Virus record (IMG/VR): IMGVR_UViG_3300009709_000005
Coordinates: 1-60,276 of that record
Source of the DNA: a virus
Length of the DNA stretch: 60,276 bases
Reading direction: 5' to 3' (one strand)
Position 1 is the first letter of the stretch. The number at the start of each line of letters is the position of its first letter. This document shows, one piece after another, positions 30,035 to 39,230 of this stretch. Under the pieces are notes generated by a model, which was given only the letters and a program-made list of their open reading frames with translations, made no database searches and had not been told where the DNA came from. A program made the translations under genes and the position numbers.

Positions 30035-32061
30035 TGACCCCGGACACTGCGCCGACGACCAACACGTTCGTCCAGACGCTGACCAACGACGACTTTCAGG
30101 ATGAGCTGGCGCAATACATCCGCCACCGCTACGACGACGCGTTCAATCACAAGGTGCAGAACGGTACCGAGGCGCGGCTGCTGCGGAACTTGCGGGTCAA
30201 GAAAGGCGTGTACCAGCCCGACGAGATAGCCATGCTGGGCGGCATCGACGTGTATATCGCGATCAGCGCGCTGAAGTCGCGCGCTGCCATGTCGTGGTTG
30301 CTGGACGTGGTGCTCAACTCGATCGAGAAACCATGGACGCTGGAGCCATCGCCGATCCCTGATCTGCCCGACGTGTTCAAGGAGCAGGCCATCACCATGC
30401 TGGCGAGCGAGGTCAATGACCCGGCGTCTGGGCTTGAGACGATGGATGACGTGCGCGAGCGCGCGACGGATCTGAAGAAGACCGTGATCCGCTACCTCGA
30501 GGAGCAGGCGAAGAAAAGCACAACGGCGATGGAGCAGGTGATCGAGGAACAGCTCGACGAAGGTAACTGGACCAAGGTGTTTGCCGAGTATATCGACGAC
30601 CTGTGCACCTACCCGGCAGCGATGATCCGCGGGCCGATCGTCGTGCAGAAAATGAAGGCGACCTACAAGGGCAATGCGATCACGGCCGAGAGCGTGGGCA
30701 TCCCGGTCGTGCGGTGCATCTCGCCGTTCGATGCGTTCCCTTCGCCGACGTCGACGACGTGTCAGGACGGTGACTACTTCATCGAGAAAGTGCGCTTCAG
30801 CCGCGCCAAGCTGCTGCCGTTGAAAGACGTCGAGTCGTTCGACGAAGTGAACATCCGGCGCGCGCTGCACGCGTACCCCGATGGCTTCCAGCTCATGCTC
30901 AATCATGACGCGGAGCGCGACCGGCTGGAGGGTACGGGGCCGGACATCAGCTACTCCACCAAGCTGCTGGACGTGCTGATTTTCAATGGCGTCATCCCGG
31001 GAAAGTTTCTCATCGACAAGGGCGTGCTGGTCGATGACCCGCAGGCGTACTACGAGGGCGAGGTGTGGGTGCTGGGCGCGTACGTGTTGCGCGCGGTGCT
31101 CAACCCGAACCCGGTGGCGAAACGGCCGATCCACGGCACGAGTTTCGCCAAGCGCAACGGCGCGTTCTGGGGCGACGACCCGATCAGCCTGACCTATGAT
31201 ATCCAGCGCACGGTGAACTCGGCCGTGCGTGCGCTGATTCGGAACATGGCGTACGCCAGTGGGCCGATCGCCGAGGTGGTGGCCGAACGGTTTTCCAGCG
31301 GTGAGGACATCAACCAGATCGATCCCTACCGGTTGTACTTCGTGACGCCGGATCTGTCCGGTACCGGGCAGAAGGCGATCAGCTTTAACAAAGTGCCCAG
31401 CGTCGCACAGGAACTGATGCCGATCATCGAGCGCTTCATGAAGATGGCCGACGACATCTCGGGCATCCCGGCCTATGTGATCGGTTCGCCGCAGGTCGCC
31501 GGCGCCGGGCGCACGATGGGCGGTCTGTCGATGCTCATGGGCAACGCGGCCAAAGGCATCAAGTCGGTGATGCTCAACATCGATAACGACACCATCAGTG
31601 AGTTGATCGAGTCGTTCTATTACTACAACCTCGTCACCTCGAGCGACCCGTCGATCAAATCGGACGCGAAGGTCATTGCGCGCGGCACCAGCGGCCTGCT
31701 CCAGCGCGAGCTCAACCAGAACAAGCTCAGCGAACTGCTGACGCTGCTGCAGCCTTACGTGCAAAGCCAAGCCGTCACGCCGGCAGCGATTCAGTACCTG
31801 CTGCGTCAGTACATCATCGACTTGGGTAATCCCGAGATCGACATCGACAAAATCATCCCCGATCCCGCGAAGGCGGCAGCGGCCGAAGCCGAGGCACGGC
31901 AGGCATCGCTGCAGCAAGCCGCGGGGATGGGTGGCCCGGGCGCACAGACAGCGATGCCTAGCGACACGGCGGCGCCCGGCGCGCAGGGTGCGATCAGCAG
32001 CTCCGCGCCGCCACCGCCTGCTCTACCTCCGGCGGGTGGACCGCCGCCACCGGGGGCTTGA
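30031..32061 (+). CDS. portal protein (putative)
   Basis: 676-aa ORF directly after the terminase genes; Pro-rich C-terminal tail. Confidence 0.6.
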   Translation: MMTPDTAPTTNTFVQTLTNDDFQDELAQYIRHRYDDAFNHKVQNGTEARLLRNLRVKKGVYQPDEIAMLGGIDVYIAISALKSRAAMSWLLDVVLNSIEKPWTLEPSPIPDLPDVFKEQAITMLASEVNDPASGLETMDDVRERATDLKKTVIRYLEEQAKKSTTAMEQVIEEQLDEGNWTKVFAEYIDDLCTYPAAMIRGPIVVQKMKATYKGNAITAESVGIPVVRCISPFDAFPSPTSTTCQDGDYFIEKVRFSRAKLLPLKDVESFDEVNIRRALHAYPDGFQLMLNHDAERDRLEGTGPDISYSTKLLDVLIFNGVIPGKFLIDKGVLVDDPQAYYEGEVWVLGAYVLRAVLNPNPVAKRPIHGTSFAKRNGAFWGDDPISLTYDIQRTVNSAVRALIRNMAYASGPIAEVVAERFSSGEDINQIDPYRLYFVTPDLSGTGQKAISFNKVPSVAQELMPIIERFMKMADDISGIPAYVIGSPQVAGAGRTMGGLSMLMGNAAKGIKSVMLNIDNDTISELIESFYYYNLVTSSDPSIKSDAKVIARGTSGLLQRELNQNKLSELLTLLQPYVQSQAVTPAAIQYLLRQYIIDLGNPEIDIDKIIPDPAKAAAAEAEARQASLQQAAGMGGPGAQTAMPSDTAAPGAQGAISSSAPPPPALPPAGGPPPPGA

Positions 32062-33197
32062 TGAGCGTCATGGCCAACGTCAATCTGCCGACCGGCCGCC
32101 GCATCGGCTTGCCGACGGTGGACAAGGGCGGTACCGATGAACTGGTGTTGTTCGGGCGGTATGCGACAAGCCCCGTGAGTCCGATGCTGCAGGTCGGCAG
32201 CGCCCCGATGGTGCTGAAGGCCTACGGGTTGGCAGACGGCGAGTCGGTGCAGGTGTTCAACGTCTATGCCCCAACGGGAGCGACGTCGGCGTACAGCTAC
32301 AAGGGTTATCCGATCATTCTCACCAACGAGGACTCGACGGCGCTGCTGCCGCTGACGGGCAATTACAACCTGCGGTTCACCGGCGCGCAGCTGGGCAACG
32401 CGCTGGTGACGGCGACCGCGCTACCGGGGAAAGTCGGCGAAGCGAACGAGTCGGCGTTGCGCTCGCAGCTGGCGAAGCCGAACGTGTTCTTCGGCCCCGG
32501 GGTGACGATACCAACAAGCCAGAAACTGCAGATTACCGACAAGCCGTGGGTGATGCGCGCGTACGGTCTCGATAGCAGCACGACGATTCAGATTTACAAC
32601 AGCACGACGACATCGACTGGCGAAATGCTTGAAGCGTATTCACGCGATGGCGTGGACACGACGTTGAGCGAGACCAACACATCGGTCGTGCTGGAGATAT
32701 CCGGTACCTATCGTTTTGTGCTGACGGGCACTCAAGCCGGTGTGCTGCTGATCGGCAACGAAAACCCAATCGTGTTTATCGACCCGTTTATTCCGCAGGG
32801 GCCGCAGGGAGATCAAGGACCACAAGGCCCTCAAGGGCTACCCGGGGGAAATAATTACTTTAATGCCGTAGCGCTAACCGACCTTAATTACCCAGCTGTC
32901 GTAGCAGTAGATAATGGGGTAGCTCATTATGCTGACCCAACAAATAACGCTGATATGGTGTCTTTGCTAGCTGTAACTACGCAGGCAGCAGCAGCGAGCG
33001 CACAAATTATTTTAGCTTCGGTTTGGGCGCATACTGAGCCCATGTGGAATTGGGTACCGGGCCGCATTTACTTAGCGCTTACTGGTGGTGGTCTGACGCA
33101 AAATCCGGGTGACGCGGGCGCGATTCTCGAAGTAGGCCGAGCCTTGTCACCTACAACTGTTGAATTTTCTATTCAACCCGCAATACTGCGAAACTAG
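32061..33197 (+). CDS. fibre-like protein with duplicated N-terminal domains, short collagen-like GXY run and low-GC C-terminal domain
   Basis: Internal duplication (PMVLKAYGL..NYNLRFTGAQ versus PWVMRAYGL..TYRFVLTGTQ). GPQGDQGPQGPQGLPGG at 32793-32848. Confidence 0.5.
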   Translation: MSVMANVNLPTGRRIGLPTVDKGGTDELVLFGRYATSPVSPMLQVGSAPMVLKAYGLADGESVQVFNVYAPTGATSAYSYKGYPIILTNEDSTALLPLTGNYNLRFTGAQLGNALVTATALPGKVGEANESALRSQLAKPNVFFGPGVTIPTSQKLQITDKPWVMRAYGLDSSTTIQIYNSTTTSTGEMLEAYSRDGVDTTLSETNTSVVLEISGTYRFVLTGTQAGVLLIGNENPIVFIDPFIPQGPQGDQGPQGPQGLPGGNNYFNAVALTDLNYPAVVAVDNGVAHYADPTNNADMVSLLAVTTQAAAASAQIILASVWAHTEPMWNWVPGRIYLALTGGGLTQNPGDAGAILEVGRALSPTTVEFSIQPAILRN

Positions 33198-33208
33198 AGG
33201 GCGACACC

Positions 33209-33733
33209 ATGGCGGGCAAAACTTTTCTCCGGCGCGATTCGATCACCAATTTACCTACCGAAATTCCCGGTACGCAGACCTCGGCAGGCTCAGCCAATGC
33301 GGGCGACATCCCTGCCCTTAACTCCGCCGGTGTGCTTGACCCCACACTCCTTCCTGCGGGCATCGGCGGCGCGTCCATCGTGCTGCCAGCAACCGAAGCG
33401 CTAGCTGCAGGCGCCATGGTCAACATCTGGTCGTCGGCCGGCGTGGCCAGCATACGGAACGCCAGCGCAGTCGATGCCACAAAACCGGTATCGGGTTTCG
33501 TGCTCGCAGCGACGTCGGCCGGCGCCAACGCGACGGTCAACTTCTTCGGACAGTTGGTGACAGGCGTCTCCGGCCTTACCATCGGCGCCCCGGTGTATCT
33601 ATCGACTACGGCCGGTGGCGTCACACCGACCGCACCTTCCGCCGCCGGCAACCTTGTCTGCGTCTTGAGCCAAACCGCCATTAGCCCGACCGAGTTCCTG
33701 CTGGAAAAGGTCAGCTCGATTATTCACGGCTGA
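33209..33733 (+). CDS. virion-associated/fibre-module protein (putative)
   Basis: 174 aa; AGGG RBS; Ala/Gly/Thr-rich. Confidence 0.4.
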   Translation: MAGKTFLRRDSITNLPTEIPGTQTSAGSANAGDIPALNSAGVLDPTLLPAGIGGASIVLPATEALAAGAMVNIWSSAGVASIRNASAVDATKPVSGFVLAATSAGANATVNFFGQLVTGVSGLTIGAPVYLSTTAGGVTPTAPSAAGNLVCVLSQTAISPTEFLLEKVSSIIHG

Positions 33734-33736
33734 TAG

Positions 33737-34201
33737 ATGAGTACATTTGCTCCTCTAGTACGCGACCCGACGACGCAGCTACCGGCGGATATGCCGGCCG
33801 GCTCCACCGTCGACCCATCGTATTTGCCCGCGGCAGGGGCCGTGTCGCGCGCTACGGCGACGATCAACAGCCCCACGGGTGCGGTTGTAACGGGCGCAGT
33901 AGCGATGGCACCGAAGTGCACTCTGCTGAACCTTTCCACCAACGCTCCGACGCGCCTTCGGCTTTACGCCACGGCAGCGGAGCGTGCGGCAGATCAGAGC
34001 AGGCCAGTTACGTCGAACCAAGCGATCGGTTCGGGCCTTTTGTTTGAAGCGCTTACAACAGCAGGATTGCTTTCGTTTGACTGTGGTCCGTTGGTTGGGT
34101 TGTTCAACAACGAAGCCACGATCACTAGCAACATCGCCTACACGATGGAGCCAACGACGTCAGTAAACACGACAGCCACACTCACCTACCTACCGGCCTG
34201 A
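33737..34201 (+). CDS. virion-associated/fibre-module protein (putative)
   Basis: 154-aa ORF in the same cassette. Confidence 0.4.
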   Translation: MSTFAPLVRDPTTQLPADMPAGSTVDPSYLPAAGAVSRATATINSPTGAVVTGAVAMAPKCTLLNLSTNAPTRLRLYATAAERAADQSRPVTSNQAIGSGLLFEALTTAGLLSFDCGPLVGLFNNEATITSNIAYTMEPTTSVNTTATLTYLPA

Positions 34202-34204
34202 CGC

Positions 34205-35206
34205 ATGAGCTTGCAAACCGTTTCCATCCCGCTAAGCGCGACGACGACCGCACTTTTTCGCAACTGGGCTGCCGCAATATCGGCGGCGCTGACGGCGCTG
34301 GGCTTGACCAAGACGGCCGACACCGGGCAAGTGGTTTTGACAGGTAGCACGCTGGCGTACCCCACCACCGCGCAAGGACTCTCACAGGGCTATGCGGCCT
34401 ATGCAGCGTATGAGATCCGGCAGATGGTGTCGAGCGGTAAGCCGACCATTTATCTGAAAGTTCGCTACGGCATCTACTATAATGCGACCGGGTCAGGAGC
34501 CAATTACTACTGGCCGGCCTTGTCGATCGAGTTCGGGCAATCCACCGATGGCGCGGGAAACATCACGCCGTTCGATGCAGGCGGTTCACGCCCTGGAATT
34601 AGCTCGACTGGATCTTGCACGGGAAGCGCAGCAGCAAGTAGCGGCCGTCCGTCGCCAACAGCGCAGAACTGTTATCTCGCCTCCGACGGGGCTAATTACT
34701 TGACCGTAATTATGGGGAATCAAGCGCCAAGCTATGAAAGTTATTGGCTGATGGCTGGGGTTATGGAACGGACCAACGTTCCCGGCGCATCCGCGTTTGC
34801 TTACGATGGAACAGGTTTTACTGCTGTCAATGCTTTAACCCCAGCAAGCGACAACACTCAAACAGTCGCCGGCGCAGTTCCAGCTACCGGATTGAATTTA
34901 TCGGTGAGTTCGCTCACAGATATTTCGAACTTAGCTTCGTATTACGGCAGCGTGATTGCAGGCCAAACGCCGGCCTACACTTACAAACCCAACGTTTCAA
35001 CTGACGCCACACTGTATCCCGTTACGGTGGGAGTCGGTCATGGGCCGATGGTCGGAATTTTTGCGGTAGACATAGGCCAGCTTATCGAAAACACTCAGGT
35101 TACATTTTCCCCTTACAACGTCTCGCACGTGTTTGTGGCCGCTTCTCGGGTGAATGTTTATGGCGACCCGAGAAACATTACATCGATGGTTATGCGGATC
35201 GACTGA
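34205..35206 (+). CDS. virion-associated/fibre-module protein (putative)
   Basis: 333-aa ORF; partly low GC. Confidence 0.4.
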   Translation: MSLQTVSIPLSATTTALFRNWAAAISAALTALGLTKTADTGQVVLTGSTLAYPTTAQGLSQGYAAYAAYEIRQMVSSGKPTIYLKVRYGIYYNATGSGANYYWPALSIEFGQSTDGAGNITPFDAGGSRPGISSTGSCTGSAAASSGRPSPTAQNCYLASDGANYLTVIMGNQAPSYESYWLMAGVMERTNVPGASAFAYDGTGFTAVNALTPASDNTQTVAGAVPATGLNLSVSSLTDISNLASYYGSVIAGQTPAYTYKPNVSTDATLYPVTVGVGHGPMVGIFAVDIGQLIENTQVTFSPYNVSHVFVAASRVNVYGDPRNITSMVMRID

Positions 35207-36000
35207 TGGCCATCACCAATTTTCCGATGTGCAACAAGCTCACCGGGCCGGGATTATCTGGGCTCAATATCGGAACGTATCCGTATCACAACGTTTTAAA
35301 AGCAGCAAAAAACGCCCAAATCTGCAACCAGTATGGCGTATGGCCATTAACACAAGCATCGAGCGGAAATAATCTTCGTCCGGCATACGGGCAAATATTT
35401 CCTTCTGGGCTTTTTTTCGGGAATCCCGGCGTGACTCAAGTATACGAACAGCCGTTTACCGCAGTGGGCACAAGCACGTTCACCGTTCCTGCTAACGTCA
35501 CACAATTGAAGCTTCGCGCGTGGGCTGGCGATGGTGGTGGTGGCGGCAGCACGGGCGGCAGCACGGCTGGCGGAAGTGGTGGTGGTGGTGGTGGTTATGC
35601 CGAAGGCGTCGTGGCCGTCACGCCCGGGCAGATTCTGACGATCAACATCGGTGCTGCGGGCACAGCGGGCGCTGCAGGCGCGAACAACGGCGCTAGCGGC
35701 GGCAATACCACCATTACAGGCACGGGCGTCTCGGTATCTTGTACTGGTGGCGGCGGAGGCATTTACGCGACATCTGGAACGCCTGTCGCTGGCGGACTTG
35801 GCGGAAACGCGTCCGGCCTGAGCTTTACTCAGACAGGCCAAAACGGCGGCGCGGGTTTCACCTACGGCGCGGGTTTGGCTGCCACTGGATTACCGGGTCC
35901 GGGATACGGTCGCATAGCGACCAACTACGGCGGAGCGAACGGTGTTGGCGGCGGTAACGGATTGGCTGGGCAAGTTTTCATTGAGTGGGTGGCGCCCTAG
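35206..36000 (+). CDS. glycine-rich-domain fibre/receptor-binding-like protein
   Basis: GDGGGGGSTGGSTAGGSGGGGGGYAEG.. and repeated G-rich beta-like segments ending in FIEW. Confidence 0.5.
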   Translation: MAITNFPMCNKLTGPGLSGLNIGTYPYHNVLKAAKNAQICNQYGVWPLTQASSGNNLRPAYGQIFPSGLFFGNPGVTQVYEQPFTAVGTSTFTVPANVTQLKLRAWAGDGGGGGSTGGSTAGGSGGGGGGYAEGVVAVTPGQILTINIGAAGTAGAAGANNGASGGNTTITGTGVSVSCTGGGGGIYATSGTPVAGGLGGNASGLSFTQTGQNGGAGFTYGAGLAATGLPGPGYGRIATNYGGANGVGGGNGLAGQVFIEWVAP

Positions 36001-36054
36001 ACCTGCACGCGATCTTCCCGTAAGTTCAGCAACAATCACGTGGGGCGCACAGGC

Positions 36055-36426
36055 ATGAGCACAGAATACGAGCGGTTTCGGAATCCGAAGTCAAACGCAG
36101 CAGGCCTCAACGTGGAACTCCCACACGTCGAAAACTCATGGACTATCGGTACAGTTCTCGCCTCGGTAGGATCGCTGTGCGCCGTCATTTCTGTGGTTGT
36201 GGGGCTGATATGGGGTTACGCCGGCGTGACTTACGCGACGGCGGCCATACCAGAGCTCAAAACCGCTACCGAGCTTGATGAGCGCAATATCGCTGTTTTG
36301 CAGTCGCAGAAAGCGGAAACCGATCGGCGGTTTGAAGAAATTATTCAGCGCCTTGGCGATATTCAACGCAGCCTGCCGCGGGACAACACTTCAGATCGAC
36401 GAGCCCTCAAGGACTACCAGCGATGA
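36055..36426 (+). CDS. single-TM coiled-coil protein (holin/lysis-regulator candidate)
   Basis: TM segment TIGTVLASVGSLCAVISVVVGLIWGYAGV; lies directly upstream of the holin-like gene and endolysin. Confidence 0.4.
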   Translation: MSTEYERFRNPKSNAAGLNVELPHVENSWTIGTVLASVGSLCAVISVVVGLIWGYAGVTYATAAIPELKTATELDERNIAVLQSQKAETDRRFEEIIQRLGDIQRSLPRDNTSDRRALKDYQR

Positions 36427-36677
36427 ACAATGAAAAAGTGCTAGCCCGGATCATCGCGATCCGGGCTTTATTCGTGGATGACGCCGCGAAGTTCTACCGC
36501 TGGGCGACGTTGTGGGTGTTGACGATCATCGGCTTTGCGCCCGAGCTGTACAACAACCTCGTCGCCAACAACTATCTGGATAAAGTGCCGCCGATGTTCA
36601 CGACAGTGCTTCACTACCTCGCCATTCTCGGTGTGATGGTGCGGTTTATCAAACAACGCAAGGTGACGAGCAAGTGA
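36423..36677 (+). CDS. holin candidate (two TM segments)
   Basis: 84 aa with hydrophobic stretches WATLWVLTIIGFA and TTVLHYLAILGVMV and a basic C-terminus. ATGA coupling to the endolysin. Confidence 0.5.
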   Translation: MNNEKVLARIIAIRALFVDDAAKFYRWATLWVLTIIGFAPELYNNLVANNYLDKVPPMFTTVLHYLAILGVMVRFIKQRKVTSK

Positions 36678-37213
36678 GTATTTTCGATGCCAACGCTTTG
36701 GCGCAAGCCACCGGGGCCACGTTGATCCGCGCGGTCATGTTCCTGCAGCCGATCACGGATTCGTTCGACGAGTTCAACCTCGACACGCTGAACCGGCAGG
36801 CGGCGTATCTCGCCCAGATCGGGTGGGAGTCGATGCATCTGGCATGCACTGTTGAGCAAGGCGCCAACGCTGGCGTGGCCTACGAAGGACGAGCAGACCT
36901 CGGTAACACGCAGCCCGGAGACGGCGTACGATTCAAGGGGCGTGGGCTGATACAAATCACGGGCCGATCCAACTACGCGGCCGCCGGGAAAGCGCTGGGG
37001 CTCGATCTCCTCAACCATCCCGAGCTGCTGGAAGAGACGAGCAACGCGGCGCGCAGCGCGGCATGGTGGTGGTCAGCGCACGGATGCAACGAGCTGGCGG
37101 ATAGTGGATTGTTTACAGCCATCACGCGCAAAATAAACGGGGGAACCAACGGACTATCCGGGCGGCTCGCGTTGTGGGCCAAGGCAAAAACGGCACTGGG
37201 GATAATCGAATGA
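36674..37213 (+). CDS. endolysin, glycoside hydrolase family 19 (chitinase-like)
   Basis: IGWES..E catalytic region, FKGRGLIQITGRSNY and AARSAAWWW signature-like motifs. Confidence 0.85.
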   Translation: MSIFDANALAQATGATLIRAVMFLQPITDSFDEFNLDTLNRQAAYLAQIGWESMHLACTVEQGANAGVAYEGRADLGNTQPGDGVRFKGRGLIQITGRSNYAAAGKALGLDLLNHPELLEETSNAARSAAWWWSAHGCNELADSGLFTAITRKINGGTNGLSGRLALWAKAKTALGIIE

Positions 37214-37503
37214 TCACGCTCACCAAACTGAAAGAAGCCGGCATCGCTGTCGGCGTGTTTCTCGCCGCGCTAGCGAGCGCCGTGCTGTATGGGCGCATGA
37301 AGGGTAAGCAGGCCGATCAACAAGAGGTCGAGAACGCGACGGTCAAGACCGGCGTGGCCGAGGCCAACCAGCAACAAACTGACGACAGGAGCAAGACTGA
37401 TGCTGATGTTCAAAAACTCCCGGATGCTCCGGCACAGACAGTGGGCAAAGCGGATCCATCTACTGCTGCTGGTCAGCTTGATTCTGAGTTTAGCCGCGAC
37501 TGA
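37210..37503 (+). CDS. i-spanin (Rz-like)
   Basis: N-terminal TM (AGIAVGVFLAALASAVLY) then a charged periplasmic region. ATGA overlap with the endolysin stop. Confidence 0.6.
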   Translation: MITLTKLKEAGIAVGVFLAALASAVLYGRMKGKQADQQEVENATVKTGVAEANQQQTDDRSKTDADVQKLPDAPAQTVGKADPSTAAGQLDSEFSRD

Positions 37504-37687
37504 GGGTTGCGCGCCGCGCTATGTCGCGGTGAAAACCGACCCTTGTGCCGGCTGGGCGTTGATCTGCGTCAGCAAGGCGGATGTGCTGACCGACGGCACG
37601 TCCAAGCAGATTCTGGCTCACGACAAACATTACGTGGCCACGTGCAAGCCGAAAGATGTATGCGGGAAGTCCACTAGCAAGCCCTGA
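37400..37687 (+). CDS. o-spanin (Rz1-like lipoprotein), overlapping the i-spanin in another frame
   Basis: AGGAG RBS 8 nt before the ATG. Signal-like HLLLLVSLILSLAATEGC with a Cys at the cleavage position. Starts inside the i-spanin gene and extends beyond it. Confidence 0.55.
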   Translation: MLMFKNSRMLRHRQWAKRIHLLLLVSLILSLAATEGCAPRYVAVKTDPCAGWALICVSKADVLTDGTSKQILAHDKHYVATCKPKDVCGKSTSKP

Positions 37688-37744
37688 CTTTTTAAGGTAC
37701 GGTACGGCAAAGTGCAGTACCGGCCACTTCAAGAGGAAACCGTC

Positions 37745-38023
37745 ATGCCCAGCTTCAATGAGAAAAAGAAGTCTTCCGTGCCGCAGCTGAGCATGGACAA
37801 CAACATGCCCCCGGCGAAGAACGCGTTCACCGGGCCGATGAAGTCCTATACGGGCAACGTCAAGTCGACCGGCGGGATGGCCAAGCTGCAGTCGATGACC
37901 AAGCCGACCATCACCGCTGCCAAGAAAACCGCCAAGGTGCAGGTGGGCAACACCAAGGGTGGCAAGAAGCTGACGCAGTCGACGACAGCGGCCACCATTA
38001 AGAAGCCCGGCAAAAAGAAGTGA
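37745..38023 (+). CDS. lysine-rich basic small protein
   Basis: 92 aa, about one fifth Lys (..KKTAKVQVGNTKGGKKLT..KKPGKKK); AGAGGAA RBS. Confidence 0.5.
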   Translation: MPSFNEKKKSSVPQLSMDNNMPPAKNAFTGPMKSYTGNVKSTGGMAKLQSMTKPTITAAKKTAKVQVGNTKGGKKLTQSTTAATIKKPGKKK

Positions 38024-38220
38024 GACCCGAGACAGAGCGCCGTTGTCAGTCACTGCGAGGTGGCGGCAGCGGCGCTGCGCTTCAGATGTATTTCGAGGAT
38101 CAGCTCGAGGCGGTAAAAACGGCGTTGACCACAGTGACGCCTGATCGCGTCTTGTTCTTGCAAGGCCAAGTGGCGGCTTGGCAGCAGGCACTTAAATACT
38201 TCACCACGAAAGGGAGCTGA
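38020..38220 (+). CDS. hypothetical small protein
   Basis: GTG overlapping the upstream stop (GTGA); alternative ATG at 38083. Confidence 0.3.
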   Translation: MRPETERRCQSLRGGGSGAALQMYFEDQLEAVKTALTTVTPDRVLFLQGQVAAWQQALKYFTTKGS

Positions 38221-38222
38221 CC

Positions 38223-39182
38223 ATGGCACTAGCGCAACCGAAATTACCCGCGGCGCAGCAGCGCAAGCGCGAGCAGATGCAGGCAAAAGCCGACGCAGCA
38301 AAGCCACCGGCGCCCGCAGCAGGCGATGCACCAGCGCCACCTTCGCCGCCTGCACCACCTGCCGCTGGTGATGCACCCGCGCCGCCGGCGCCCGAGACCG
38401 TGACCATTCCGGCCTCTGAGCTACAGGAGCTACGTACCAACGCTGAGCGCGCGACGGCTGAGTCGCTGCGCGCTGAAGCCGCACATCTTGATCTCGAAGA
38501 TGCACGCACCCGCTTGACAGAGCTGGAAACCACGCGTAAGCAAGAGCCTGCCGTACCGGTGGAGCTCGATCTGGGGTTCACCGATGCGGACGCGGCTTTA
38601 AGCGCGGAAGAGTTGGAAGAGTACGGCGCAGCGGAAGGTACGATCCGAAAGATCGTCAGGCAGGAAATCGCTGCCGCGATGCGCAAGTACGACACCCATC
38701 TCAGCCCGCGGCTGACCAAAGCCGAGCAGCGCGCCGAACAAGCGACAACGGTTGTGACCCAGTCGAACCAGAAACGGTTCATGGACGTGGTGAAAGAGAA
38801 GGCCCCAGACGTCAACACGCTGGTGGTGCATCCGGCCTTCAACACTTTTCTCCGTTCGTTCGTGCCCCGCACCCGGATGACGTACAACCAAGCATTGGAA
38901 GACGCACACAAGGTAGAAGATTTGCAGGGCGTGCTGGATATTTTCGACGATTTCCGCACCTCCGCCAAGATTACGAAACCGTCGACATCGGGGTACAACA
39001 GCGGCAACCCAACGGGCGCGACCGGCGAGCCAACGCCAGCACCAGCGGGTAAGCGGTTCTCGATCACCGAGCGGAAGAAGAAAAGCGAAGATTATCGAAA
39101 AGGCCGTATCTCCCGCGAAGACCTCGACGCTTTCATGGTCGAGTTCAACAAGGCCCTCGCGGAAGACCGGATCGATCCATAA
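38223..39182 (+). CDS. scaffolding protein (putative)
   Basis: 319 aa, Ala/Glu/Pro-rich and helical, immediately upstream of the capsid gene; GGGAG RBS. Confidence 0.5.
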   Translation: MALAQPKLPAAQQRKREQMQAKADAAKPPAPAAGDAPAPPSPPAPPAAGDAPAPPAPETVTIPASELQELRTNAERATAESLRAEAAHLDLEDARTRLTELETTRKQEPAVPVELDLGFTDADAALSAEELEEYGAAEGTIRKIVRQEIAAAMRKYDTHLSPRLTKAEQRAEQATTVVTQSNQKRFMDVVKEKAPDVNTLVVHPAFNTFLRSFVPRTRMTYNQALEDAHKVEDLQGVLDIFDDFRTSAKITKPSTSGYNSGNPTGATGEPTPAPAGKRFSITERKKKSEDYRKGRISREDLDAFMVEFNKALAEDRIDP

Positions 39183-39230
39183 CCCCATGCATCCGATTGG
39201 CGGGCATGGGTAGCACAGAGGAAGCCATCC

